A stretch of DNA of 64,000 nucleotides from an uncultured Acidimicrobiaceae bacterium (GTDB lineage Bacteria; Actinomycetota; Acidimicrobiia; Spongiisociales; ZC4RG35). Position 1 is the first letter of the stretch. Every line of letters begins with the position of its first letter. The stretch spans positions 3,743 to 67,742 of the forward strand of contig CAZLEQ010000005.1 in assembly GCA_964558575.1 (NCBI GenBank). The letters are read 5' to 3'. Positions 1-11,270 of this stretch are shown piece by piece. Under the pieces are notes generated by a model. That model ran no database searches. It saw only the letters and a program-made list of their open reading frames with translations, and was not told where the DNA came from. A program made the position numbers and the translations under genes.

Positions 1-810
1 GTGGTGTCACCGGCTGTGATTCGCACCTACGACCCATCTCACGACGCCCTCGTGGGCAAGACCGTCGTGGGACTGCACCGGGTTGGCAAGCGAATCGTGT
101 TCGGGACGGAAGGCGGCCTCCACCTGGTCATCCACCTCATGGTCGCCGGTCGACTGCGGTGGGAGGCACCGGGAAAGCCGATACCGAAGAAGGTGGGTCT
201 CGCCGCACTCGACTTCGAGCACGGGTCGTTGATCCTCACCGAGCAAGGGACTCACAAGCGCGCCGGGATGTGGGTGTTCGCCGACCGGGAGGGCGTCGCC
301 TCTCTGGATCGTGGCGGCATCGAGCCCCTGGAGGCTTCGACCGCCGAGTTCGCCGCCGCCCTCAGATCAGAGAACAGGACCCTGAAGCGGGCGCTGACCG
401 ACCCACGCATCTTCTCCGGGATCGGCAACGCCTACTCCGATGAGATCCTCTGGGCAGCCCGTATCTCACCGGTGAAGCGGACCTCGCAGCTGAGCGACGA
501 GGAGGTGCAGGATCTCCACGATGCGGTGGTCGGCTCGCTGGAGTCATGGACCCGGGCTCTTCGGGAGGAGGTTGGAGAGGGCTGGCCGACCAGAGTGACC
601 GCCTTCCGGGAAGAGATGGCGGTGCACGGAAAGTTCGGGGGCCCTTGCCCCCGGTGCGGGTCGAAGGTGCAGCGAATCGTCTACTCGGACAACGAGACCA
701 ACTACTGCGCCACCTGCCAGACCGGAGGCAAGCTGCTCGCCGACCGGTCGCTCTCCCGCATCCTCAAAGACGACTGGCCCAAGACCCTCGAGGAGATGGA
801 AGAGGGATAG
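1..810 (+). CDS. Fpg/Nei family DNA glycosylase/AP lyase (5' end outside window)
   Basis: HLMVAGRL motif, H2TH signature GIGNAYSDEIL, C-terminal zinc finger CPRC...CATC; N-terminal PE motif not in window. Confidence 0.9.
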   Translation: MVSPAVIRTYDPSHDALVGKTVVGLHRVGKRIVFGTEGGLHLVIHLMVAGRLRWEAPGKPIPKKVGLAALDFEHGSLILTEQGTHKRAGMWVFADREGVASLDRGGIEPLEASTAEFAAALRSENRTLKRALTDPRIFSGIGNAYSDEILWAARISPVKRTSQLSDEEVQDLHDAVVGSLESWTRALREEVGEGWPTRVTAFREEMAVHGKFGGPCPRCGSKVQRIVYSDNETNYCATCQTGGKLLADRSLSRILKDDWPKTLEEMEEG

Positions 811-811
811 G

Positions 812-1246
812 TCAGATCTCGATCTGGCGGGCCCCGATGAAGGCCATCACTGCAGCTGCATAGGTGATGAGACCCCCGATCACCGCCCACACTTCGTCGA
901 GTATGCCGAAGCGAACGTCCTCGAACAGCGTGAACACTCCGAGGATGGCGATGGCATAACCCAGTGTCTTCATCAGCACCGGCAGCGGATGGACTCTCTC
1001 CAACGTGGCCCGGTCGACGCGGGGAAGGATGGCGGCCGCCAGGGCCAGGAGGAGGATCGAGAATTCGAAGAAGTACTCCCTCGCCATTATCGAGAAGATG
1101 ATCCAAGAGGCGATCACCACCATTCCGGCGAACGCCACCAAGCCCTCACCGCTGGTGAAGTCGCCCGCTCCCTCCAATACGTTGTCGCGCTCATCCCCAG
1201 GAGTGGGCTCGGGGATCGGTTCCGTTCTGTGTGACTCGTCGGTCAT
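812..1246 (-). CDS. Hypothetical membrane protein (about 4 TM)
   Basis: 144-aa ORF with hydrophobic segments and AGGAG upstream. Confidence 0.7.
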   Translation of the reverse strand: MTDESHRTEPIPEPTPGDERDNVLEGAGDFTSGEGLVAFAGMVVIASWIIFSIMAREYFFEFSILLLALAAAILPRVDRATLERVHPLPVLMKTLGYAIAILGVFTLFEDVRFGILDEVWAVIGGLITYAAAVMAFIGARQIEI

Positions 1247-1345
1247 GACTCGCTCCTAGAGGCGACAGGTGCCGGTCGACTCTATTCGCGAATCGCGTCG
1301 GCAGTCGTGCAAGAACCGGCTCACTGTGACTCGGTGCCAGGTTTG

Positions 1346-1724
1346 TCACCCGCGCCGCTCCATGTTGCCCCAGCCGCGGGTCGCTTCGCCGCCGAGCAGG
1401 GCCCGGATCCGCCAGAGCACGGTGAGTTGCCGGGGCCCGAGGTTCTCAAGCATCGCCACTGTGATCAGACGCGCGGTGTCAGCCGGGCTGTTGAAGTACC
1501 CGAACGACTCGTCGAGGAGGAGGGCGATCAGCGAGTTGAGCAACCCCATCCCGAGACTGATCGAGGATGATCAAGTCGTATTCACCGGCGCTGCCCAGCT
1601 CGTAGGCACTCAATCCGTCCTCGGCGGTGTTCACCTCGTAGCCGGCGCTCTCCAGGGCGGTCTGTGGCAGTGCTCTGATGGTCTCGGAGTCGTCGGCGAC
1701 GAGGATTCTCTTCTTCTCGCTCAC
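1346..1724 (-). pseudogene. Degenerate/frameshifted response-regulator receiver domain
   Basis: KKRILVADDSETIRAL...AGYEVNTAEDGLSAYE...YDLIILD is a clear REC N-half; similarity is lost right after the phospho-Asp (~1555) and that frame stops at 1479. Confidence 0.6.
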
Positions 1725-1780
1725 CAGGATCGTGATCGTAATGGTCATGTGATGCTCGGTCAGGGGAGGTTGACGACTTG

Positions 1781-1808
1781 TTGCCATCGAACATACGTTC
1801 GATAAGAT
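1781..1808 (+). promoter_or_regulatory. imuA promoter with LexA SOS box
   Basis: TTGCCA (1781-86), TCGAACATACGTTCGA (1787-1802), TAAGAT (1803-08); matches the actinobacterial SOS consensus TCGAAC-N4-GTTCGA. Confidence 0.9.
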
Positions 1809-1832
1809 GGGCGCCCCACAACCGGAGTCAGT

Positions 1833-2477
1833 TTGCACACAGAGGGCACTGCGACAGTCGATGTCGCACATGCGGCCGACGAGAAGAGGTTGCTCGACCT
1901 CCAGCCCGGGCGGGTCACCGAGCTGGTCGGGGCCCCCGGGACCGGTTTGACGCGTCTGGGTCTGAGGCTGATCGCTCCCCATTCCCGGGCGGCGCCGGTG
2001 GTGGCGCTCGATGTCAGAGGTTGGATCTCACCGGAGGCGGCATGGGAGACCGGGGTGATCCCCGAGAGGCTGGTGGTGGTCAGGTGCAACGACTCCGCCC
2101 TGTGGCCCAAGGTGACCGCAGCACTCCTCGAGGGAGTGCGTGCCATGTACGTCGAGGTGCCTTCCCCTGCCGGAGAGCGCGATCTGCGACGTCTCGCCGC
2201 CCTGGCCCGGGCCCGTCGGGTGGCGGTGGCGATGAGGCCGCTACGTGACGGTCTGCCCGGGGGTATCGCATATCTCAGGTTGCGCGCACTCGGGGTCACC
2301 TGGGAGGGGGCGGACCGTGGTCATGGGAGGTTGACCCGGCGGCGTCTCGTGCTGGAGGCCACGGGCAAGGGGGTAGCGGGGGTGTCACGTCGATACGAGG
2401 TCGAAGATGAAGGTGCGGACTCTGTGCGTGTGGTTTCCGATGTGGTCGTTGACCAGGCCAGACGCGCCGTCGGGTGA
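1833..2477 (+). CDS. imuA: ImuA-like RecA-fold mutasome accessory protein
   Basis: Degenerate Walker A (GAPGTGLT), RRLAALARAR segment, SOS box upstream, precedes imuB. Confidence 0.8.
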   Translation: MHTEGTATVDVAHAADEKRLLDLQPGRVTELVGAPGTGLTRLGLRLIAPHSRAAPVVALDVRGWISPEAAWETGVIPERLVVVRCNDSALWPKVTAALLEGVRAMYVEVPSPAGERDLRRLAALARARRVAVAMRPLRDGLPGGIAYLRLRALGVTWEGADRGHGRLTRRRLVLEATGKGVAGVSRRYEVEDEGADSVRVVSDVVVDQARRAVG

Positions 2478-3909
2478 GCCGTTACTGGTGGTGGACGATC
2501 GCGTGGTGGCCGCGGCCACTGACGACGTGCTCTCCGTCGGGGTCAGCCCTGGAATGCCCCGTCGCGCGGCAGAGGCATTGGCTCCTTTCGCCACGGTGAT
2601 GACGAGAGACGTGGAGGAGGAGACCCGCAGATTCGAGCCGGTGGTCACCACAGTGGAAGATCTCGTGCCCAAGGTCGAGGTGGTCGCTCCTGGTCTGCTC
2701 TTCGTCCCCATCAGCGGTGCGGTCCGTTTCTACGGCGGTGAGGAGGCGCTGGCGAGGAAGGTGAATGAGGTGATGAATGGTTTCCTCCCCCAGGAGCGAA
2801 GCGAAGGAGGAGGCTGGACCTTCAGGATCGGGGTTTCGGACGGTCCCTTTGCCGCCCGATGGGCGGCCGCCACTGCCTCACCTGGAGAGCCTCTGATCGT
2901 CACCGACACCATCTCTTTTCTCTCCCAGCTCGATCTCAGCGCCCTTCGGGAGGCGATGGGTGGTGAGGAGATGATCGATACCTTCCGTTGGCTGGGCATC
3001 TCGACTCTCGGTGACCTTGCTCGCCTGCCCCGCGAGACTCTCGCCTCTCGGTTCGGCAACCCGGGTCTGCTGGCTCACCGTCTCGCCAGCGGTGACGACC
3101 GCATGATCCAGCCACGGGAGATCCCAGGTGACCTGATGGTGGAGCTGGCCTTCGAAGATCCGCTGGAGAGTCTCGACGCGGTTGCCTTCGCCGGCCGCCA
3201 TCTGGCCGAGAAGCTGTTGGGGAAGCTCCGTCCCTGCGGGCTGGCACCTCACGCGGTGACCATCAGCGCAGAGTCTGCACTGGGGACGGCGAGGTCGAGG
3301 ACATGGCGCTCGGCCGACCCGTTCACGGGCAGGGAACTGAGTGACCGGGTGTGGTGGCAGCTCAGGGCATGGGTGGAGTCGTCCGGGATCCCGGGCGGGA
3401 TCACCGCGTTGTGCATCGTCCCGGCCGAGCTTTCCGGGGAAGGTCGCCAGCTCGGGCTCTTCAGTGACGAGTCGTCGTTGGTCGAGACCGAGCGCGCCCT
3501 CGCCCGAGCTCAGGCGATCTTGGGCCCTGACGCCGTCCTCCAGGCGAGGGCGCAAGGAGGACGAATGCCGGGAGAGCGGGTCATCTGGTCGCGTTGGGGC
3601 GAGCCGGACACCCCGGAGGATCGCGACTCCGGTGCGCCGTGGCCGGGAGCGACACCATCACCTGCACCAGCCCTGGTGCCTCCCCGTCTCGACCCCATCG
3701 AGGTGGAGTGGGACGGGGGGATGCCTGCCCGGATCAGGTTGGGGTCTAGGTGGGAGCCGGTCCTCACCTGGAGTGGGCCTTGGAGGTTGAGCGGCCGGTG
3801 GTGGGGGGGAGATGGTGAAGCGGACCGCTACCAGATGGTCACCTCGGTAGGCGCTTTCCTCTGTGTGGTGTCCGGGGGCCGGGCTTTCCTCGCCGGCATC
3901 TACGATTGA
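2407..3909 (+). CDS. imuB: ImuB, inactive Y-family polymerase-like protein
   Basis: GVSPGM, FEPVV, LGISTLGDLARLP HhH, QLGLF clamp-binding motif, C-terminal GPWRLSGRWW. Confidence 0.9.
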   Translation: MKVRTLCVWFPMWSLTRPDAPSGEPLLVVDDRVVAAATDDVLSVGVSPGMPRRAAEALAPFATVMTRDVEEETRRFEPVVTTVEDLVPKVEVVAPGLLFVPISGAVRFYGGEEALARKVNEVMNGFLPQERSEGGGWTFRIGVSDGPFAARWAAATASPGEPLIVTDTISFLSQLDLSALREAMGGEEMIDTFRWLGISTLGDLARLPRETLASRFGNPGLLAHRLASGDDRMIQPREIPGDLMVELAFEDPLESLDAVAFAGRHLAEKLLGKLRPCGLAPHAVTISAESALGTARSRTWRSADPFTGRELSDRVWWQLRAWVESSGIPGGITALCIVPAELSGEGRQLGLFSDESSLVETERALARAQAILGPDAVLQARAQGGRMPGERVIWSRWGEPDTPEDRDSGAPWPGATPSPAPALVPPRLDPIEVEWDGGMPARIRLGSRWEPVLTWSGPWRLSGRWWGGDGEADRYQMVTSVGAFLCVVSGGRAFLAGIYD

Positions 3910-4650
3910 TCAGCCCACCGGGCCACCCAGGTCGCCGACCCTCTTGGCGATGAGGTCGCGGACCTGGTCGCGCAGGCTGTCGGCGTCCGCCTGGGTCAGC
4001 CCCGCGGTGGCGATGGGAGAGTCGAGGATGGCGGTCACCGGCCCACCCCGGAACCACGGCTTTCCCGGAACGGCCGCCTCGTAGGTTCCGTGTATCGACA
4101 GTGGGAGAATCGGGAGTTGACTGGCGATCGCCATGGTGAAAGCGCCCTTCTTGAAAGGCTTCATCACCCCGTCTCGCGGTCTGGTGCCCTCCGCGTAGAT
4201 GATCAGGCTCCGGTTGTGGGCGATCAGCTCTCGGGCCTGCTGGTTCACAGAACTGTGGATCGCTCCCCGCGCCGCCCGATCGACCTCGATGATGCCGACT
4301 GCCCGCATCGCCTGGGCAAGCAGCGGAATGCGAAACAGCTCCTTCTTCGCCAGATACCGGATGGGAAGGTCCACGGCGAGGAAGCAGACCATGATGTCGA
4401 GCGTCGAGAGGTGATTGGCCACCACCACATAGGACCTGGAGGGGTCGACATGCTCACCACCCTCAACGGTCAGCTCTGTGCCTGATGCCAACAACCACAT
4501 CCGAGACCACCATCGGATCACCCTCTCGATGGCAGGGGAGTCCGGTCTGGTGATCACGAGGGCGATCACCGACAGCGCTCCGACGATGGTGACGAGCACG
4601 CCGACCATCCAGGTGAGGATGGTGCGGAAGAGGATGGTGGCCCAGCGCAT
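3910..4650 (-). CDS. plsC: 1-acyl-sn-glycerol-3-phosphate (lysophospholipid) acyltransferase
   Basis: NHLSTLD (HX4D), AKKEL, AEGTR, FKKGAF motifs. Confidence 0.88.
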   Translation of the reverse strand: MRWATILFRTILTWMVGVLVTIVGALSVIALVITRPDSPAIERVIRWWSRMWLLASGTELTVEGGEHVDPSRSYVVVANHLSTLDIMVCFLAVDLPIRYLAKKELFRIPLLAQAMRAVGIIEVDRAARGAIHSSVNQQARELIAHNRSLIIYAEGTRPRDGVMKPFKKGAFTMAIASQLPILPLSIHGTYEAAVPGKPWFRGGPVTAILDSPIATAGLTQADADSLRDQVRDLIAKRVGDLGGPVG

Positions 4651-4688
4651 CAGGGGGCGAGGCTAGTGGCCGGTCTACCCTGCCGCCG

Positions 4689-5234
4689 GTGGACAAGAAG
4701 ACGTTGCGGAAAGAGATGCGCGCCCAGCCTCCGGTCGATCCGGAAGAGAACCGGCTGGTGGTGGAGGCCCTCTTCACCTGGCTCTCGGCGCGCCTACCCG
4801 GGACCGCGGCCGCTTTCCTGGCCATGCCCGATGAGGTGGACCTCAGCCCCCTGTTCGCCCGTCTCCCCGGGTGGCGTTGGCTGTTGCCCCGGGTCGAGGG
4901 AGACGGGTCGATGACTTTCCGTGACCGTGACCTGCCCCGGGAGAGCCACCGTCTCGGCATGGAGCAGCCGACCGGGTCCGGGCCGTCGATCCCGGTTCAC
5001 GAGATCGACGTTTTTCTCACCCCGGGCCTCGCCTTCGACCGTTGCGGTGGCCGTCTCGGCAAGGGGGGCGGTTTCTATGACCGGGCGCTCGACGGGATGA
5101 GGTCTGATGCCCTGGCCGTCGGGGTCACGGTGACCCGTCGGGTCGTCGATGAGGTGCCGATGACGTCCCACGACCGTCGGGTCGACCTCGTCGCCACCGA
5201 AGAAGGGGTCATGCCCTGCTCGACCAGCCACTGA
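4689..5234 (+). CDS. 5-formyltetrahydrofolate cyclo-ligase
   Basis: KKTLRK N-terminus, PGLAFDRCGGRLGKGGGFYDR, HDRRVD. Confidence 0.92.
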   Translation: MDKKTLRKEMRAQPPVDPEENRLVVEALFTWLSARLPGTAAAFLAMPDEVDLSPLFARLPGWRWLLPRVEGDGSMTFRDRDLPRESHRLGMEQPTGSGPSIPVHEIDVFLTPGLAFDRCGGRLGKGGGFYDRALDGMRSDALAVGVTVTRRVVDEVPMTSHDRRVDLVATEEGVMPCSTSH

Positions 5235-5622
5235 TTCGATCGATCGAGATCACAATCGCCGGCCCCGCGGGCGGGCGGTCGGCGTACTGGTGATACTTGG
5301 CGGTGAGGGCGGCGCCTCCTTCGGACCAGATGGAGTCGTCAATATGGATGCGGGCCGGTCCGTCCACCCTCACCCACAGGAGTTGCGTCCAGTCCTCCGA
5401 CCAGTGGTCGATGAGCAGCGAGGCCGAGGGGTGGGCCGCGACGTTGGCCAGTCGCTGTAGACGGGTGGTCGTCTTGGGCTTGTGGTCCACCATGGTCACC
5501 ACGAAGTTCCCCACCACGGCGAAAGTGACGGGGACGACATGTGGTCTGCCGTCGGGTCGTACCGTCGCCAGATGAGCGACCCGAGCGGCCGCCAGGAGTG
5601 CCCGTGCCTCAGCCTCTTCCAT
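5209..5622 (-). CDS. PPOX-class F420-dependent oxidoreductase (Rv0121-like)
   Basis: ARVAHLATVRPDGRPHVVPVTF, VDHKPK, EDWTQLLWVRVDG, KYHQY. Confidence 0.85.
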   Translation of the reverse strand: MEEAEARALLAAARVAHLATVRPDGRPHVVPVTFAVVGNFVVTMVDHKPKTTTRLQRLANVAAHPSASLLIDHWSEDWTQLLWVRVDGPARIHIDDSIWSEGGAALTAKYHQYADRPPAGPAIVISIDRISGWSSRA

Positions 5623-6361
5623 CCGGGCTCAACAGCGGCTCGACTGTTCGCCACGTAGTTTCGGCCCAACGGGCGTGCCCGAAGCCGCTGACGTGGAACA
5701 GGTCTGCAGCCCAGAGGGTGGAGTCGCGGTTCCAGGTGGCGGCGTCATCGCTGCGCTGGTCGACCACCGCGGTCTCGTGTCTGGCCGCCACCTCCCAGTG
5801 GATCCGATCGAAACGGTGTGCCCGTCTCGACATCAGGTTGCTCAACGGGGGGTGGAGCCGTGGGATAGTCCCTAGAACGCCGACGCCGCTCTGGACCACT
5901 GTCGCCCCGCTCTCGGCGAGGGCACCGATCAGACGTTCGAGGTCGGCGGCGAACCTGCGCAGGGGGACCCCTTTGATGGCGTCGTTGGCACCCACCGAGA
6001 CGAAGACCAGGTCGGGTTGGAAGGCGATGGCGGGCTCGAGTTGGCTCTCGATGACGTCGCTGGCCCGCGATCCCCCGACGGCGAACGAGCGAAGCACGAC
6101 ATGCCGGCTCTCGGACAGACGTTGGCACACCCGGCTGACCCAGATCTCATGGGGGCCGGCCACTCCCGGGGCCGTCACCGAGGAGTCACCGAGGACGGCG
6201 ATGCGAAGCGTGGGATGGGACGGATCTCCGAATTCACCCGACGGATCGAACTCTTCGAGGGCAGGCGCGGGACGCAGGAGCGCATAGGCGACTTCCAGCC
6301 CGAGGATGGTGATCCCCGCCATCGCTCCGCGTCGAAACAATCGCCCGACCATCGTCTCCAT
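5609..6361 (-). CDS. SGNH/GDSL hydrolase
   Basis: LGDSS block I, GAND block III, DLFH block V. Confidence 0.88.
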   Translation of the reverse strand: METMVGRLFRRGAMAGITILGLEVAYALLRPAPALEEFDPSGEFGDPSHPTLRIAVLGDSSVTAPGVAGPHEIWVSRVCQRLSESRHVVLRSFAVGGSRASDVIESQLEPAIAFQPDLVFVSVGANDAIKGVPLRRFAADLERLIGALAESGATVVQSGVGVLGTIPRLHPPLSNLMSRRAHRFDRIHWEVAARHETAVVDQRSDDAATWNRDSTLWAADLFHVSGFGHARWAETTWRTVEPLLSPDGRG

Positions 6362-6384
6362 TCTGCCAGGGTCAGAGCCGTTCT

Positions 6385-6693
6385 CTAGCTGCCGGCAGCG
6401 CGCTCGATCCTCTCGCGCAGGCCGAAGCGGCCCTTTGCTTCGGTGAGATCGACGACGGCTCCGACCTCGTCGGAGAAGTTCGACGGATCGTCGGGATAGA
6501 AGTCGAAGCTCTCGCCGTCGATGTTCAACGAGAACTTGTATATCGATGTGCGTTCGGCCGTGACCGATTCCAACGACCAGGAACCGAGGCGACGTCTCCC
6601 TGCAGCGATCCTGAATCGGCCATCGGCGATGTCGATCAGAACACTGCTCGGTTCGAGGTTCGGTCCTTGTAGCCGCCCGGTGAATTGCGCCAT
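6385..6693 (-). CDS. Hypothetical protein
   Basis: About 102-aa ORF from MAQFTG with GGAG upstream; no recognised motif. Confidence 0.6.
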   Translation of the reverse strand: MAQFTGRLQGPNLEPSSVLIDIADGRFRIAAGRRRLGSWSLESVTAERTSIYKFSLNIDGESFDFYPDDPSNFSDEVGAVVDLTEAKGRFGLRERIERAAGS

Positions 6694-6744
6694 CCCGCTC
6701 TCCAATCTAGTCGGGTGGGATCGACGTGGGGGAGGGTCGATCAT

Positions 6745-7296
6745 CTACCCCGGCAAGTGACTAGTCATCGGGTTCGGCACGACCTCGTCACCGGCGGCGT
6801 GTCTGATGGGAACGAGCAACCTCACCAGGTGGTCCAGGTCGCGGTCGGAGAGACCGAGGTTGGCGAAGACCTCGTTGACCGCCGCCGTGGCCGGCTCCAG
6901 AACCTCCCGGCCTTTGCGGAGCAGCACCGCAAGGACCACGCGGTTGTCGGTCCGGTCGATGACCCGCTCGATCAGCCCTTCTCGTTCCAGACGCTTCACC
7001 GCGCTGGTCACGCTCGCCGGATGCACCTGGAGCCGGTCGCTGATCTTGCCCATGGGAAGGCTGCCGACACGGCTGAATCCGAGGAGTCGGAGTATCTCGA
7101 AGCGGGCGAAGGTGAGCCCGAGTGGAGCCAGCACTTCCTCCACCCAACCGGCGAGGATCTGCTGCACCCTGGTGATGGTGGTCACCGCCGCCATGCCGGA
7201 GGCGGCCTCTTCCCAGCCATGGGCGACCCATTGGCGTCGCGCCTCGGCGATGGGATCACGCAGTCTGATTCCGGGCTCGCTCATTTCCTTTGACAT
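6745..7296 (-). CDS. MarR family transcriptional regulator
   Basis: LTFARFEIL, w[23 protein letters not shown]; divergent from icmF; start may be 7284. Confidence 0.9.
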   Translation of the reverse strand: MSKEMSEPGIRLRDPIAEARRQWVAHGWEEAASGMAAVTTITRVQQILAGWVEEVLAPLGLTFARFEILRLLGFSRVGSLPMGKISDRLQVHPASVTSAVKRLEREGLIERVIDRTDNRVVLAVLLRKGREVLEPATAAVNEVFANLGLSDRDLDHLVRLLVPIRHAAGDEVVPNPMTSHLPG

Positions 7297-7328
7297 CAAA
7301 CTATTCGCTCCATATCCTGATGGCAAAC

Positions 7329-10300
7329 ATGTCGGACCAACAGTTGGCCAACAAGGTCAGGTTCGTGACCGCCACCTCCCTCTTCGACGGCCACGACGCC
7401 TCGATCAACATCTTCCGGAGGATCCTCCAGGCCTCGGGGGCCGAGGTGATCCACCTCGGCCACAACCGAAGCGGGGTCGACATCGTGGATGCAGCAATCC
7501 AGGAGGATGTCCATGCCATCGCGGTCACCTCCTATCAGGGTGGCCACATGGAGTTCTACCGCTATCTGCGCGACCTGCTCGTCGAGCGAGACGCCGACCA
7601 CGTCCGGGTATTCGGCGGGGGAGGCGGGACCATCCTCCCCAACGAGGGTGAGGAACTGGCCTCGTACGGGGTCACCAGGATCTACTCGCCGGACGACGGG
7701 CGTTCCATGGGCCTCACCGGGATGGTGGCCGACATGCTCGCTCGCTCCGACTACCCGCGTGGTGAGCTCGACCCCGACCTCGATCTCGATGCCCTCGGCA
7801 CCGACACACCCGCCCTGGTGGCCTCGTTGATATCGGCGGCGGAGAACTACACCGAGAAGTACGCCGATGTCTGGGAGCGTCTCGAGGCCCGGGCGCTGGA
7901 GTCTCCGGCGTCGGTCATCGGGGTGACCGGCACCGGCGGTTCCGGCAAGTCGAGTCTCGTCGACGAGATGGTCCGTCGTCTCCTCGCCGACTTTGGGGGC
8001 CGGACCGTCGCCATCATCTCGGTCGATCCTTCCAAGCGTCGGTCCGGAGGGGCGTTGCTCGGTGATCGCATCAGGATGAATTCGCTGCCGCATCCCCGGG
8101 CCTACATGCGCTCGCTGGCCACCAGGCAGTCGAACCTGGCGCTCTCGCCGCATGTCCGTCAGGCGGTCGACATCGTCAAGGCGGCCGGATACGACCTCGT
8201 GATCCTGGAGACATCGGGGATCGGCCAATCCGACACCGAGATCGTCGACCACGCCGACCACGCCCTATATGTGATGACCCCGGAGTACGGGGCGGCCACC
8301 CAACTGGAGAAGATCGACATGCTCGACTTCGCCGACCTGGTGGCGATCAACAAGGCGGACAAGCAGGGAGCCGAAGACGCCCTCCGCGACGTGCGCAAGC
8401 AGTACAAGCGCAACCGTCTCGCCTTCGACACCGCCGACGACGAGCTGCCGGTCCACCTGACGGTGGCGTCGGACTTCAACGATCCCGGCACCAACCGCTT
8501 CTACCGGGCGCTGGTCGAGCGTCTCGGGTTCGAGACCAGCCTCGATCTCCCCTTGGAGGACGCGGCGAAACAGCACGTGGTGCCGCCCGAGCGCAGCCGG
8601 TACCTGGCCGAGATCGTCGAAGAGATCCGCCGCTACGACGATTGGGCCGAGCAGCAGGCGGAAGTCGCTGAGAAGGTCTATCGCTTGCAGGGCGCCGGCG
8701 AAGAGGGCATCGACCTCGAGGAAACCCTCACCGCGGCGAAACAAGATCTCGACCCCGAGAGTGTCGACGCCCTGGAGTCCTGGGACGACCTGGTGGGTGC
8801 CTACTCGGGTGACGAGTTCGTCTACCGGGTACGCGACCACGAGATCAGGGTGCCTCTCCACACCGAGACCCTGTCGCACACCAAGGTGCCCAGAGTCGCC
8901 CTGCCGCGTCTTCGGTCGTGGGGAGATCGCCTCCGCTGGCTGCTCCAGGAGAATGTGCCCGGGGAGTTCCCCTACACCGCCGGGGTGTTCCCCTTTCGGC
9001 GGGCCAGCGAGGATCCGGCCCGCATGTTCGCCGGCGAGGGTCCACCGGAACAGACCAACGCCCGGTTTCACTATCTGTCCGAGGGGATGCCGGCCCGGCG
9101 ACTGTCGACGGCGTTCGACTCGGTGACCCTCTACGGTGACGATCCACACGAGCGTCCTGACATCTACGGGAAGGTAGGCAACTCCGGGGTCTCGATCGCC
9201 ACCCTCGACGACGCCAAGAAGCTCTACTCCGGGTTCGACCTCGACGATCCCGCCACCTCGGTGTCGATGACCATCAACGGCCCGGCGCCGATGATCCTCG
9301 CCTTCTTCCTCAACGCAGCCATCGACCAGGCCTGTGAGACCTACATCAGCGAGAACGACCTGTGGGACGAGGTCGAGGAGAAGATCGACGAGATCTTCGG
9401 GGACCGGCCCCGTCCCGAGTACCACGGTGACCTACCGCGGGGCAACGACGGGCTCGGCCTGCGTCTCCTCGGCGTGACCGGCGACCAGGTCCTCCCGCCC
9501 GACGTCTACGAGAGGCTCAAGGCGGAGACCATCTCCACTGTGCGGGGGACGGTCCAGGCCGACATCCTGAAAGAGGATCAGGCCCAGAACACCTGCATCT
9601 TCTCCACCGAGTTCGCTCTCCGCATGCAGGGAGACATCCAGCAGTACTTCGTGGACGACGACGTCCGCAACTTCTACTCGGTGTCGATCAGCGGATATCA
9701 CATGGCCGAGGCGGGGGCCAACCCGATCACCCAGCTTGCCTTCACCCTGGCCAACGGGTTCACGTTCGTCGAGAACTACCTGGCCCGGGGTATGGACGTC
9801 GACGACTTCGCCCCCAACCTCTCCTTCTTCTTCTCCAACGGGATCGACGCCGAGTACGCGGTGATCGGACGAGTGGCCCGCCGTATCTGGGCCAAGGCGA
9901 TGAGGGACAAGTACGGGGGCAACGAGCGCTCCCAGAAGCTCAAGTACCACATCCAGACCTCCGGCCGCTCCCTGCACGCCCAGGAGATCGGCTTCAACGA
10001 CATCAGGACCACCCTTCAGGCGCTGTACGCCCTCTATGACAACGCCAACAGCCTCCACACCAACGCCTACGACGAGGCCATCACCACCCCGACCGAGGAG
10101 TCGGTGCGCCGTGCGCTGGCGATCCAGCTCATCATCAACAAGGAGCTGGGCCTCAACAAGAACGAGAACTCCCTCCAGGGCAGCTTCATCATCGAGGAGC
10201 TGACCGATCTGGTCGAGGAGGCGGTGCTGGCCGAGTTCGAGCGGCTCAACAGTCGCGGGGGAGTGCTGGGGGCGATGGAGCGCCAGTACCAGCGCACCAA

Positions 10301-10643
10301 GATCCAAGAGGAGTCCCTCTACTACGAACAGATGAAGGAGTCGGGTGAGTACCCGGTGGTCGGGGTGAACACCTTCATCTCCAAGGAGGGGTCGCCGTTC
10401 CAGATCCCCGAGCATCTGATCAGGTCGACGGACGAGGCCAAGAAGCGCCAGATCGCCAATTTGCGTGCCTTCCAGGAGCGTAACCAGGACGTTGCCGAGG
10501 AGGCGCTTGCCGAGCTGCAGCGAGTGGCCGTGCACGGCGAGAACATCTTCGAACAGCTCATGGAGACCGCCAAGGTTGCCTCACTGGGCCAGATGAGCCA
10601 GGCCCTCTACCAGGTGGGCGGCCAGTATCGACGGAACATGTAG
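7329..10643 (+). CDS. icmF: Fused isobutyryl-CoA mutase/GTPase chaperone IcmF
   Basis: B12-binding FDGHDASIN, MeaB P-loop GTGGSGKSS, mutase barrel motifs ([27 protein letters not shown]). Confidence 0.95.
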   Translation: MSDQQLANKVRFVTATSLFDGHDASINIFRRILQASGAEVIHLGHNRSGVDIVDAAIQEDVHAIAVTSYQGGHMEFYRYLRDLLVERDADHVRVFGGGGGTILPNEGEELASYGVTRIYSPDDGRSMGLTGMVADMLARSDYPRGELDPDLDLDALGTDTPALVASLISAAENYTEKYADVWERLEARALESPASVIGVTGTGGSGKSSLVDEMVRRLLADFGGRTVAIISVDPSKRRSGGALLGDRIRMNSLPHPRAYMRSLATRQSNLALSPHVRQAVDIVKAAGYDLVILETSGIGQSDTEIVDHADHALYVMTPEYGAATQLEKIDMLDFADLVAINKADKQGAEDALRDVRKQYKRNRLAFDTADDELPVHLTVASDFNDPGTNRFYRALVERLGFETSLDLPLEDAAKQHVVPPERSRYLAEIVEEIRRYDDWAEQQAEVAEKVYRLQGAGEEGIDLEETLTAAKQDLDPESVDALESWDDLVGAYSGDEFVYRVRDHEIRVPLHTETLSHTKVPRVALPRLRSWGDRLRWLLQENVPGEFPYTAGVFPFRRASEDPARMFAGEGPPEQTNARFHYLSEGMPARRLSTAFDSVTLYGDDPHERPDIYGKVGNSGVSIATLDDAKKLYSGFDLDDPATSVSMTINGPAPMILAFFLNAAIDQACETYISENDLWDEVEEKIDEIFGDRPRPEYHGDLPRGNDGLGLRLLGVTGDQVLPPDVYERLKAETISTVRGTVQADILKEDQAQNTCIFSTEFALRMQGDIQQYFVDDDVRNFYSVSISGYHMAEAGANPITQLAFTLANGFTFVENYLARGMDVDDFAPNLSFFFSNGIDAEYAVIGRVARRIWAKAMRDKYGGNERSQKLKYHIQTSGRSLHAQEIGFNDIRTTLQALYALYDNANSLHTNAYDEAITTPTEESVRRALAIQLIINKELGLNKNENSLQGSFIIEELTDLVEEAVLAEFERLNSRGGVLGAMERQYQRTKIQEESLYYEQMKESGEYPVVGVNTFISKEGSPFQIPEHLIRSTDEAKKRQIANLRAFQERNQDVAEEALAELQRVAVHGENIFEQLMETAKVASLGQMSQALYQVGGQYRRNM

Positions 10644-10694
10644 GCCGGCCCTACACGGACACGAGCTGACCGCTGCCGGGTTTAGGCTGCGGAG

Positions 10695-11270
10695 GTGGCT
10701 GAGTACAGGGTCAAGCCTCTGGGATCTGACACGTGGGAGGCGTTCGCCGAGTTGGTCGAGCGCCACAACGGTGTCTGGGGCGGGTGTTGGTGTCTTGCGT
10801 ATCACGCCAGGACTCCGCACATGGGTCAGAGCGTCGCGGGCAACCGGGCGGTGAAACAGGGTCTGGTCAGTGACGGGCAGGCGCATGCCGCCGTCGTTTT
10901 CGATGACGATCGCGCAATCGGGTGGTGCCAGTTCGGCTCTCCTGAGGAATTGCCGCGTATCACCCATCGCAAGGAGTACGAGGCAGGTCTCGTCGAGCCG
11001 GCGGACTACCGAATCACCTGCTTCTTCGTCGACCGGGATTACCGGCGGAAGGGTGTGTCGGCGGTGGCATTGCGGGGTGCTCTCGACTTGATCGCCCAGG
11101 CCGGGGGTGGAGTAGTAGATGGGTTCCCTTATGACACTCAGGGAGACAGGGCCAACGCCTCGTTTCTGTACAACGGCACCCGTCTTCTCTTCCAGCAGGC
11201 CGGCTTCGCGTACGAGAGACCCAAGGGAAAGAACCACTGTGTGATGCGCGCCACGATCGCACCGGCGTGA
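10695..11270 (+). CDS. GNAT family N-acetyltransferase
   Basis: GGCWC, ITCFFVDRDYRRKGV acetyl-CoA motif, FQQAGF. Confidence 0.88.
   Translation: MAEYRVKPLGSDTWEAFAELVERHNGVWGGCWCLAYHARTPHMGQSVAGNRAVKQGLVSDGQAHAAVVFDDDRAIGWCQFGSPEELPRITHRKEYEAGLVEPADYRITCFFVDRDYRRKGVSAVALRGALDLIAQAGGGVVDGFPYDTQGDRANASFLYNGTRLLFQQAGFAYERPKGKNHCVMRATIAPA

Noticed and set aside
4651-4688. 6S RNA upstream of 5-formyl-THF cyclo-ligase
   Set aside because: Only 38 bp to the divergent plsC; no room
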